Below the pieces are notes generated by a model. That model had not been told where the DNA came from, did not search any database, and was given only the letters and a program-made list of their open reading frames with translations. Below, one piece after another: positions 1-7,906 of a DNA stretch of 43,571 bases. The stretch comes from a virus. Position 1 is the first letter of the stretch. The number at the start of each line of letters is the position of its first letter. The translations under genes were made by a program, and so were the position numbers. The DNA is taken from IMG/VR virus record IMGVR_UViG_3300037309_000058; one strand, given 5' to 3'.

Positions 1-127
1 TTGCAGAAGGCCGCTGAACGGGAAGTTCAATCCCGTCCAAGCTGGCGGGGCAGGGAGACGACGGCGTTCCTGCGCCAGCTAGGCACCGACGAGCAGGTCG
101 CTGTTAAGCTGGCACTTTTGGGCGACT
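1..127. repeat. Terminal overlap, left copy (identical to 43445..43571)
   Basis: Base-by-base comparison of both ends shows 127/127 identity. The reading frame of the junction gene is preserved across the overlap. Confidence 0.95.
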
Positions 128-225
128 ACGAGGCTTCCATCGCGGCGGTGCGTCGTATTTTGTCAGACACTGCCCGTGAGAGAGCTCTTGAGAGCAAAGA
201 GAGTCAGGGCGACCCACGGGCCTAG
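1..225 (+). CDS. C-terminal part of a DUF3310-like protein, continuing 43268..43571 across the junction
   Basis: Position 1 is in frame with 43268 because 43445 equals position 1 and 177 nt is 59 codons. The joined protein is 133 aa and reads ...DLDKAVHYLQKAAEREV...; the stop is at 223-225. Confidence 0.75.
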   Translation: MQKAAEREVQSRPSWRGRETTAFLRQLGTDEQVAVKLALLGDYEASIAAVRRILSDTARERALESKESQGDPRA

Positions 226-483
226 TTTGTAGACCCACTCCAGCGCGACTACGAGGCCGGTTTGCTTCGCCCCATTGGCCTCAAGGGCGGCGACCTTGGT
301 CTTCAGAGTAAGGACCTCGGCCTCGAGTCGCGCGTGGTTGGAGTTATATCCGTTGAAGGTGGCTTCCACGCGGATGAGCGCCTCACGAACCGCAGTGACC
401 TGATGCCCCATATCGTCGAACTTACGATCTAGTCTGTCCACTGCGCCCCAGACCCTGTGTTCAAATTCACTGAGTTCCGTCAT
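163..483 (-). CDS. Tail-anchored coiled-coil membrane protein, last gene of the lysis cassette; function unknown
   Basis: The internal ATG at 483 (MTELSEFEH...) lies 12 nt after the o-spanin stop. The protein has a heptad-like middle (LEAEVLTLKTKVAALEA) and a C-terminal hydrophobic helix (LGPWVALTLFAL). Confidence 0.5.
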   Translation of the reverse strand: MTELSEFEHRVWGAVDRLDRKFDDMGHQVTAVREALIRVEATFNGYNSNHARLEAEVLTLKTKVAALEANGAKQTGLVVALEWVYKLGPWVALTLFALKSSLTGSV

Positions 484-494
484 TGCGAGGTTCC

Positions 495-794
495 TCAAAA
501 CTTGCAAGCCGTAGCGGCTGCGGCGAATTCGGCCAGTCGTTGAGTGCGCAGCAACCGACCCGATCTGTACAGCTTGGCCAGTACCCCAATACTCGGGGCG
601 TTGGCAATGGCCTCGTCTGTGTCGGGGTAAGCTGGCTCGGGGCCAAGCGCCGACAAAGCGGGGCACGGCACCGGCTGAGGCACAAAGACCTGCTCGACCC
701 GCACAGGCGGCTCAGAGCGGTCGGTTGCGCACCCCGCCGCTAGGGTGGTAGCGGCCAGCAATGCCAGCGCGTTTCTGAGGCTTCTGATGGTCAT
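495..794 (-). CDS. Outer-membrane lipoprotein spanin (o-spanin, Rz1-like)
   Basis: The signal peptide carries the lipobox LAAG|C (MTIRSLRNALALLAATTLAAGC). The mature part is Pro-rich, the start overlaps the i-spanin stop by 4 nt, and it sits just downstream of the endolysin. Confidence 0.75.
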   Translation of the reverse strand: MTIRSLRNALALLAATTLAAGCATDRSEPPVRVEQVFVPQPVPCPALSALGPEPAYPDTDEAIANAPSIGVLAKLYRSGRLLRTQRLAEFAAAATACKF

Positions 795-1174
795 CCTGCT
801 TCTCCACGTAGAATGGCCTCGGCGTCCTCGCAGGTGCGTGCCGGGGCGGCGTTGATACTGCGCACGGCGCGGGCTGCGCTGGCTTGCCCGGCCTGCTGAA
901 CCGCGCGCACGGCTGCCTCGCCGCTGGCGGCGACGGTACTCGCCACTTCAGCGGCGTTCTTCACACCTTGGTTGCAGGTGTTGAGAGCGAGCTGGTGCTT
1001 GCCGACGTTGAGCGCCAGCGTACCGTTCTCGGTCTTGAGAGCGACGTACTTCTTGTCCAGAGCGGCGTAGCGCCGCCTGTCACCGAGCTCGTCGATACCG
1101 TGGTAGATCAGCAGCGCCAGCAAAGCGCCGCCGAATATCTTGCTCGTAAGTACAGAGAAGGGGTTGAAGCTCAC
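791..1174 (-). CDS. Inner-membrane spanin (i-spanin, Rz-like)
   Basis: It has a GTG start at 1174 with AAGGA 7 nt upstream. There is an N-terminal TM helix (IFGGALLALLIYHGI) followed by a helical periplasmic domain with two Cys. It is adjacent to the o-spanin. Confidence 0.7.
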   Translation of the reverse strand: MSFNPFSVLTSKIFGGALLALLIYHGIDELGDRRRYAALDKKYVALKTENGTLALNVGKHQLALNTCNQGVKNAAEVASTVAASGEAAVRAVQQAGQASAARAVRSINAAPARTCEDAEAILRGEAG

Positions 1175-1175
1175 G

Positions 1176-1760
1176 TCACAGTCCTTTCAAACAGAGAGCA
1201 CGCTCTCGCTCACGGCGCAGGACTAGGCCCCGCACCTCGCGGCCACCGGCCTTGTTCCACATCAGCATCGCATCGCAGCCGCCGCGCCAGTCACCGGCAT
1301 TGAACCGGCGGGCAGCGGTCGATCGGCAGAAACCCGCCGTCCCGATGTTGTAGGCAAGGCTTACCGAAGCGACGAGCTGGTTCTGGCGGCGCGGATCGCG
1401 CAGGCCCGGCACGCAATTCAGAACCGGGCGGGCGTGGTTCACAAGCTGCCGTTCAAGCCGCGCCGTGCATCCGGCCTTGGTTTCGACCATGCCGGGACGG
1501 ACGCCGAGCGTGTCGCCGTCGCAGATCGTCCACACGCCCACGATGTCGGCATAGGCCCGCAAGTATTGAGGCCCGCTCACATGTTCGACGAGCAACCGCC
1601 CGTCGTCGGTGACGTTGGCCTCGACCTTGCGCCCGCTTTCGTCGTGCGGGATCATGGTGGCCAGCGCGATAGCCGCACCCGCGCCTACAAGGGCGACGAG
1701 CGGGCTTTTCGGGATGGGTTTGCGCGGCGAGGGCTTGGCTTCAAGCGGCGGGCGGTTCAT
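1176..1760 (-). CDS. SAR endolysin (T4/P21-type lysozyme, GH24-like)
   Basis: The N-terminal helix is Gly/Ala-rich and weakly hydrophobic (PLVALVGAGAAIALATMI). The lysozyme core reads E...YLRAYADIVGVWTICDGDT...AYNIG. A strong RBS (GAAGGAGG) precedes the ATG. Confidence 0.8.
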   Translation of the reverse strand: MNRPPLEAKPSPRKPIPKSPLVALVGAGAAIALATMIPHDESGRKVEANVTDDGRLLVEHVSGPQYLRAYADIVGVWTICDGDTLGVRPGMVETKAGCTARLERQLVNHARPVLNCVPGLRDPRRQNQLVASVSLAYNIGTAGFCRSTAARRFNAGDWRGGCDAMLMWNKAGGREVRGLVLRRERERALCLKGL

Positions 1761-2004
1761 TACGGCCTCCTTCGCTCCAGACGCGGGCCAGCCACGGGCC
1801 GGCGAAAACCATAACCCCTACGCCCACGGCCATGAAGGCTCGCGTGACGGGGTCTGTGGGGATGAAAGCCAGGATACCGAGCAGCAGATCGGGCTGCGAG
1901 ACAACGGCAGTCACGATGGCTCCCATGGCGGCGGCAAGGCGCACGCTCAGCCAGCTCCAGCTGTCGCGCCAATTTGCGATAAAGTGTCTGTCAAACCAAC
2001 TCAT
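1741..2004 (-). CDS. Small holin (pinholin-like, two TM helices), 87 aa
   Basis: I used the internal ATG at 2004 (MSWFDRHF...) with GAGGAG upstream. The longer ORF in the track would overlap the upstream 793-aa gene. There are two hydrophobic helices, and the 3' end overlaps the endolysin start by 20 nt. Confidence 0.65.
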   Translation of the reverse strand: MSWFDRHFIANWRDSWSWLSVRLAAAMGAIVTAVVSQPDLLLGILAFIPTDPVTRAFMAVGVGVMVFAGPWLARVWSEGGRNEPPAA

Positions 2005-2014
2005 GTGGCGCTCC

Positions 2015-4396
2015 TCAGTTATTGATGCGGCGACGGGTATTGAGGCTGCGAACGCTGCCCGGAGCCGTGGGCCGGTCATCGCCCGCGCCTTCTCCAGCCA
2101 AGCGGCCTTGCAACCGCCCGTCACGTGCGGACACCTGGATCGTACGCAGAAGCTGCTGAGCTTCGCTCTTCGGCATTCCGCGCTGGACAAGGTACGCCAA
2201 GGCGTCCTGTGTACGAGCCGGGTCAATGGCGTCGCGCACAAGGCGCTCGGCATCCACGCCGCGCATTCCGGTATTCTTGAGAAAGCGCCCGGCTGCGCGC
2301 ACGATTGTCCAGACCGGGCTAAAGCCCGCCGAAGCAGCCGTCTCTACAACGGTATCCTCGACACCACTGTTCTCAGCTTCCTGCATACGGCGATAAGTCT
2401 GGCTGCCGATGCGCGGATCGACGTAGCGTGTAGCGTCCACGCGATTGACCTCAGCCGCCATGCCGCGCTGAAGGCTGTCGGCTTTCTCAGGACCGAGCAA
2501 CGCTTCGTTGCGGCGGCGCTGATTGCTGCCGCGCGCTATCTGCCGTGCAGTGGACATCGCCTGCGCCCCGCTCCCTTCACGAGCGCGGTTGGCGACTTCG
2601 TCACGGGCGCGGACGCGCATGGCCTCTTGCTCACTCATGCCGGTACGGGCTTCTCCAACATCATCGATGAAAGTCGGCCCGGTCGGAGCAGCGTTGTCAA
2701 CTGCGGAGGCTAGTTCGTCAGGCCGTGCCCGCAAGAAGTCGGTGTTCTCGAAGCGGCGTCCTGTTCCTTGGGCCGCGTCAATCACACCGCTGGCATCGGC
2801 GTAGTTATCCAGCGCCGCTGCGTAGTCATCGCTCTGTGAGCGCGCGGCGTCCCGCACAGCATTTGCGAACTTGGTCGCGACGCGCTCAAGACCGGGGTTC
2901 TTGCTGCCCCGCCCCTTCATGGCGCGGGCGAACTTGTCGGCGACGTCGACCGTCAGGTTGGCACCCTTCATGACCTCGCGGGCAATCTGCTTGCGGATTG
3001 CTTCGGGGAAGGCCGGGTCGATCTTCTGTATAGTGCGGACCGCCGCAAGAATGTTGTCCACCCCCGCTTTGTCGGCAGGGTCGGTCATGAAGCCCTGTGC
3101 GCCGCGCAGCGCAGCGACCCCTTCGCGCGTGCCGAGGATATCAAGAACCTCGTCGGTTATCGGCACCGGCTGCGAGCGAATAGGCTCCATCGCACGCTCA
3201 ATGGTGTCGTCGCGCAGCCCCGTCGTAGCGTCGGCAATCTGGCCTGCGGTCATGGGGTTGCCGCTGATCACGCGCTCGGCTTGTCCGGCCACTCGGTCTT
3301 GTGCGCTGGAGTAGACGTCGTCTGCAAAGCGCGCGAGGTCTGTGTTGGCGGGCGTGCCCTTGTTCGCAGCGGCGCTCACGACACCCCGGCCTGACTCGTC
3401 GAGCAAGTCCAGCAGGCGCACGTCGTCAAAGCCAAGGTCTTGGAGTTCCGCCAGACGGCTCTCCATCGCAGGTACGTCAGGGTTCGCGCGCCGCGCCAGC
3501 GCCTCCAGCCCGCTATCGGCGGTGTTCGCAGCGGGGCCAAATCCGAGACGCTCTTTGGTCCGATTGAGGATGCCCGCGCCAACGTCTACGACCGGCTTCA
3601 GCACGCCGCCAAGCGCATAGCCACCGAAGCCACCCGCCGTCGCGTTGGGAAGACGATCAATAAGATCTCCTTCGCTGTTACCCATTGCGCTGATGAAGCC
3701 CTCAGCGCCTGCGGTATTGGCGGCTTGGCGGACCGAACCGCCCCCGCCTCCGAGACCTGCCCAGCTCGGCCCTGTGATGGAGCCGGGAAGAAACCCCGCA
3801 CTGAACATCCCCGGACGGTCTTCCCACGCCTGATCTTTCTCGCTCTGCTGCTCTTGGCGCAGAGTCTCGTAAATATCCCAGAAATCTGCATTACTCTCGT
3901 TCAAGCCGAGAGCGGTTCCGAGCTTGTTTCCGGCCGCGCCGACAAAGCCGACCAGCTCATCGTCGAAGCCGCGCAGCGCCCCCGATTGCAGTCCGCGCCA
4001 TAGAGCCTCGCCTGCGCCAGTCTGTTCGCGCTCTTCGGTCTGGGGGGCGACCGTGAATAGCCGCCGTTGCGGAAAGCCTTTGAGCCGCGACTGCTCGTAG
4101 TCCTCGTTCAGCCACTTCATATCAGCCTCGTTCATAGGCCGACCGTGCTCAGCGATGAACGCGGCTATGTCCGCTGCCGGGGCTGCCTCGCTCATCATGG
4201 TGTTAAGACGCTCACCGATTTGCTCGCTGGAAAGCGGTGTAGTGAGCGGCGGCGCGGCTTCAGGCGCGGCGAAGTCGCTCCACGGCCCCTCCGGCTCGTC
4301 GGCTACGACAGGCGGCGCACTGGCCACGGCGGGCGCGGCGGGCGCGGCGGGCGCGGGAGGCGCTGCGCTCTGGTAGTCTTCCCAGGGTCCGCTCAC
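2015..4396 (-). CDS. Large internal virion / ejection protein (793 aa)
   Basis: It is the last of three coupled genes after the fibre. It has a Pro/Ala-rich N-terminus and Gly-rich segments, and the start has an ATGA overlap with the upstream gene. No enzymatic motif was recognised. Confidence 0.55.
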   Translation of the reverse strand: MSGPWEDYQSAAPPAPAAPAAPAVASAPPVVADEPEGPWSDFAAPEAAPPLTTPLSSEQIGERLNTMMSEAAPAADIAAFIAEHGRPMNEADMKWLNEDYEQSRLKGFPQRRLFTVAPQTEEREQTGAGEALWRGLQSGALRGFDDELVGFVGAAGNKLGTALGLNESNADFWDIYETLRQEQQSEKDQAWEDRPGMFSAGFLPGSITGPSWAGLGGGGGSVRQAANTAGAEGFISAMGNSEGDLIDRLPNATAGGFGGYALGGVLKPVVDVGAGILNRTKERLGFGPAANTADSGLEALARRANPDVPAMESRLAELQDLGFDDVRLLDLLDESGRGVVSAAANKGTPANTDLARFADDVYSSAQDRVAGQAERVISGNPMTAGQIADATTGLRDDTIERAMEPIRSQPVPITDEVLDILGTREGVAALRGAQGFMTDPADKAGVDNILAAVRTIQKIDPAFPEAIRKQIAREVMKGANLTVDVADKFARAMKGRGSKNPGLERVATKFANAVRDAARSQSDDYAAALDNYADASGVIDAAQGTGRRFENTDFLRARPDELASAVDNAAPTGPTFIDDVGEARTGMSEQEAMRVRARDEVANRAREGSGAQAMSTARQIARGSNQRRRNEALLGPEKADSLQRGMAAEVNRVDATRYVDPRIGSQTYRRMQEAENSGVEDTVVETAASAGFSPVWTIVRAAGRFLKNTGMRGVDAERLVRDAIDPARTQDALAYLVQRGMPKSEAQQLLRTIQVSARDGRLQGRLAGEGAGDDRPTAPGSVRSLNTRRRINN

Positions 4397-6285
4397 TGCA
4401 CCTTCTCCCAGCTGCTCTTGTTGGCAGGGTCGCCGCCCTTGTAGCGGTAGCCCTTCACGACCTGCCCGACGCGCGGCGCGGCGCGTTCGCTATTGGCGCG
4501 TCCAAGCTGCTGCGACATCAGGGCGCTCCGCTCGGCGACAATCTTGCGCACGTCAGGTGGCAGAGCTCGCAGAACAGTCTCGCCGCCGCTTCCGTAGAGA
4601 ACGTCCAGGGCATGGATAGCGGCGAGGTTAGTTGCGACTTCTTTTGTCGGGTCAGTAGCCGACTCCAGCATCAGCGAGATATCGCGGTCCGAGTTCAGCT
4701 GGGCGGCAGACATGCCCGTGACACCTTTCAGCTGCGTCATGAGCAACGAACGAGAGGACGTCACGTAATCGCGAATGGCCTGCGCGTTGTCGCCGGTCAT
4801 ACGCCCCAACGTCTGTCCCAGCATAGACGTATTGAAGAAGGCGCTGATGTTGGAGCCGGCTCCGGCATCGGAGCGCGTAATGGCCCCCGGAATATTGCGG
4901 AGCTGAAGATAGCTGCCGGTCAGGTTCTCAAGCGTCTTACCGAAGTTGACCTTGTTGCTCTCCAGTTTGGCGGCGTCCGCCTGTTGCTTCGGCGTTCCTG
5001 CGGCCCCGCTCGCGCCGCCGCTACGCGCAGCGGGCGGCGTCTTGATGTTGACCAGCTGACCGGTGCGCGTGTTCACTTGCGCAGCGGTTCCCGACGGATA
5101 CCCCGCAAGCTCCGCCGGTGTCGCTGAGCGAAAAGTGTCCGGCCCTGCGCCGGGGGCGCTTACGCGCGTACGGCTGACACTGACACCCGGAGCTGGCGCG
5201 GGCTGGCCCGTGTCCTCGGCCTGCATGTTCACGCCGCCGCCGCCCACGCGCCCGAGGATGTCCTCTGCGTACTTGCGCGTACGCGGTCCCCACTTGCCCC
5301 GATCACTGCCGCCGTGATAGTACATGGCCATCGTGCGCGGGTCACCGCCGCTGGCCTGTATAGCCTCTTGGATCGCCGCGCCGCCGATTGCGTCTTGGTA
5401 GCGCCGACCTTCGGGGGTGTTGCTGCGCATCAGCGCCGGGTTCCACACCATGCCGAGACGCCCCGCCAGCGTCGCCCCTGTTTTCGGCATGACCTGATAC
5501 GCGCCAAGCGCGCCGGTCTCGGCGTTGACAGCGGTGTAGTCCCCATCGCTCTCCTGCGCCACAAAGACAGGGCGCATGGCCTCCACGGTCAGCGGCACGC
5601 CTCGCCCCGGCGCACCCGCCGCAACCGGGCGGCTTGGCGCTTCGATGACGGAACCGTCTTCGGTCTCAAGTGTAACCGACACACCGGGCGCGCCGCTAGG
5701 CTCTTCGTCGGTGACGAAACCCCCGCCCGGATTGGGGTCGAACATGACAACTTCCTCGCCACCGTCGCCACGCTTGACTTTGATCGTGTCGGTCTGGAAA
5801 GGCTGATAGTCGATCTGCTTACCCGCGACACCGCGCTTGCTGCCCGCCGTCAGCGTATAGGGCTTGTACTTGTTTTCGGCGATGCCTTTCCAAGCCTCTT
5901 CGTCCATGCGGGTAGCAAGCGAGGGGTCACTCATAAGCGCCGCGCGCAGTCCGCTCAGCCCGGTCTCGCCCATAAGCGGCGCAAGCGCAGGGCTGATGCC
6001 GTCCAAGAGCGTGCCGATCTTCTCAGGATCTTCGACGCCACGAAACATCGGGATGGTGTCTTTGAACATCTTGAAGGACTTCTCGCGCGCAGCGGCCTCC
6101 TCTGCCCTGCGCTTATCCCGCATCTCCAACCCCAGCTCAGGATCGACGTTGCGGTCCATCAAAGCCCGCTCAATCTCTTCGGGGGGCGCGTTCAGCGAGT
6201 TGGACAAGACGTCGCGGACGCGTCCGCTGCGCTTACGCTGGTTGATGCCAGCGACCATGTTGATGATGTTGGGGACAATTGCCAT
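4393..6285 (-). CDS. Internal virion / ejection protein with a lytic transglycosylase (SLT) domain
   Basis: The central motif ESDGDYTAVNAETGALGAYQVMPKTG...YYHGG is typical of soluble lytic transglycosylases. Its position matches peptidoglycan-degrading ejection proteins of podoviruses. Confidence 0.75.
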   Translation of the reverse strand: MAIVPNIINMVAGINQRKRSGRVRDVLSNSLNAPPEEIERALMDRNVDPELGLEMRDKRRAEEAAAREKSFKMFKDTIPMFRGVEDPEKIGTLLDGISPALAPLMGETGLSGLRAALMSDPSLATRMDEEAWKGIAENKYKPYTLTAGSKRGVAGKQIDYQPFQTDTIKVKRGDGGEEVVMFDPNPGGGFVTDEEPSGAPGVSVTLETEDGSVIEAPSRPVAAGAPGRGVPLTVEAMRPVFVAQESDGDYTAVNAETGALGAYQVMPKTGATLAGRLGMVWNPALMRSNTPEGRRYQDAIGGAAIQEAIQASGGDPRTMAMYYHGGSDRGKWGPRTRKYAEDILGRVGGGGVNMQAEDTGQPAPAPGVSVSRTRVSAPGAGPDTFRSATPAELAGYPSGTAAQVNTRTGQLVNIKTPPAARSGGASGAAGTPKQQADAAKLESNKVNFGKTLENLTGSYLQLRNIPGAITRSDAGAGSNISAFFNTSMLGQTLGRMTGDNAQAIRDYVTSSRSLLMTQLKGVTGMSAAQLNSDRDISLMLESATDPTKEVATNLAAIHALDVLYGSGGETVLRALPPDVRKIVAERSALMSQQLGRANSERAAPRVGQVVKGYRYKGGDPANKSSWEKVQ

Positions 6286-6956
6286 TACGCCGCCTCCTCG
6301 TTGGGACGCACAAGGTTCTCAAGAACCATCTCGTAGTTGACAGTGTCCCGCATCTCGCCGGTCGGCCCGTACACCGCCTGCGAAACTGCTGCCGGGAACA
6401 TGCGCTTGACCTCGTCGGCCATGAAGCCCATCTGTACGGGCAGGTCCAGCCCCACGTAACGGAACGAGTAGAGGTTGAGGCCGGGGCGTACTTGCGCCAG
6501 CTTGATGATGTCGGTCTTGACGCGACGGTCGCTGAACAGCGTCGGCAGGATGCCGTTGGAGCTCTTACCGCTGCTCTGCTGCCCGGCTCCTGCGACCACC
6601 CCAGCGGCCCCGAGACCAAGCTGGCCAAGCTGGCCAAGCTGGTTGAGATAGTTGTCGAAGCGTTGTCCCTTGAGGCCGTCGGCGTAGCGGGCCAGCGCGC
6701 GGGTGGACGCACCTGAGCGAAGCAGGCCCTTAGCAGCGCCCGCGCCGGTGATGCCGCGCATACCCTCGCCGAGCGCAAAATTGAAGCTGCTCTGGTCAAG
6801 GTAATCATCGAAGCCACCGCTCAGGGCGTTGCTCAGTTGGCCGATGCCGCTCGTACCCGCGCCGATCGAAGGAGAAAGCTGCCGGTTGAGCTGGTCGTAC
6901 GCCTTGTTGTTCGAGCTGTTCTTGCTGCCCCCGAACAGAGAATTGAGAAGGCTCAT
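6285..6956 (-). CDS. Short fibre/needle-like or ejection protein with a C-terminal intramolecular-chaperone (Peptidase S74-type) domain
   Basis: The ATG is at 6956 with CAGGAG upstream. The N-terminal half is Gly/Ser/Asn/Gln-rich. The C-terminal SDRRVKTDIIKL...YSFRY...MGFMADEVKRMFPAAV matches the S74 autoproteolytic chaperone signature. Confidence 0.6.
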   Translation of the reverse strand: MSLLNSLFGGSKNSSNNKAYDQLNRQLSPSIGAGTSGIGQLSNALSGGFDDYLDQSSFNFALGEGMRGITGAGAAKGLLRSGASTRALARYADGLKGQRFDNYLNQLGQLGQLGLGAAGVVAGAGQQSSGKSSNGILPTLFSDRRVKTDIIKLAQVRPGLNLYSFRYVGLDLPVQMGFMADEVKRMFPAAVSQAVYGPTGEMRDTVNYEMVLENLVRPNEEAA

Positions 6957-7021
6957 TGCAAATCTCCTGAGAACGTGCGCCGTAGCATAGTCTGAGCCTA
7001 AGCGCAAGGAAGTTGTTTGGT

Positions 7022-7906
7022 TCAGTAACTGAAGAACCCAGAGGTAATGCCCCCCGTCGCCGTCATGGCCGGAAGAGTTGCCGGGGGCGGGTTGAAAGTT
7101 CCGCCCGCAAAGTAAAAACGAATCGAGTCAGAAGCAGAGAGTATACGGACGGTGCCGCTAGTACCGTAGATCGAAAATCCTGCGTAGTAAATATTCCCCG
7201 GAGTGGGTACAAAAGGAGTTGTGAACGGTATAGGTATGAACACATCGTTGACCAAAGCTACACCCGGACCCGATGCGACTAGGCTTCTTCCAGTAGGTCC
7301 GACTGCTGAAGCGACAGGCCCGCCGTCGTAGATACAAGGTGCCGCTGTTCTTCCTGATGCTTGATCTCTCGTGGGGAAGATAAGGCCGGTGACGGGATCA
7401 CTTGAAGTCGCGTAGCAGGGAACTACTTGAATAGAGGGAGCACCTGTGTTAGCTCCACTGACCCCGATTGCTACGTGTGGAAAAGGAACGAGTGGACTAC
7501 CGCCGCCACCGCCGCCACCAGAAGCCGAAAGAATTTTTCCAGTCAGTGAAAGACCACTGCCGAACTCTAACCAGTCTAGCTGACTAGCACTATCATCCCA
7601 GAATAATCCACGATCAGCGCCGGGGTCTGTTAGCGCCGGATTCCCAAGGCTAAGGGTACGATCCGTATTCAGATCTCCGCCACCCGACAGCCCGAAGCCG
7701 GGGTTGATGAGTGTCGACTTATCCGCTTTATCAGCTTGAAGGGCCGCAATGGCGGCAGCGAAAGTGTCTACCTCGTCGCTTACTTCCTGCGCGTTCTCCG
7801 TCTGGCCGAACAACTGCCGCTGAAAGTACGGGGATATCCGCCCGGTCTTCGGATCGACCAGCGGTTGATTGAAGTCTATGAATTGGTAAGGATAGCGCCG
7901 GGTCAT
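7022..7906 (-). CDS. Tail fibre / receptor-binding protein
   Basis: The N-terminal segment (YQFIDFNQPLVDPKTGRISPYFQRQL) looks like an anchor. It is followed by coiled and Gly-rich linkers (a GGGGGGG run) and a distal domain encoded by visibly lower-G+C DNA. Confidence 0.65.
   Translation of the reverse strand: MTRRYPYQFIDFNQPLVDPKTGRISPYFQRQLFGQTENAQEVSDEVDTFAAAIAALQADKADKSTLINPGFGLSGGGDLNTDRTLSLGNPALTDPGADRGLFWDDSASQLDWLEFGSGLSLTGKILSASGGGGGGGSPLVPFPHVAIGVSGANTGAPSIQVVPCYATSSDPVTGLIFPTRDQASGRTAAPCIYDGGPVASAVGPTGRSLVASGPGVALVNDVFIPIPFTTPFVPTPGNIYYAGFSIYGTSGTVRILSASDSIRFYFAGGTFNPPPATLPAMTATGGITSGFFSY

Noticed and set aside
7022-7906. Diversity-generating retroelement or retron targeting the fibre gene
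   Set aside because: No reverse-transcriptase-like ORF exists anywhere in the window, and I saw no template-repeat copy of the fibre 3' end.
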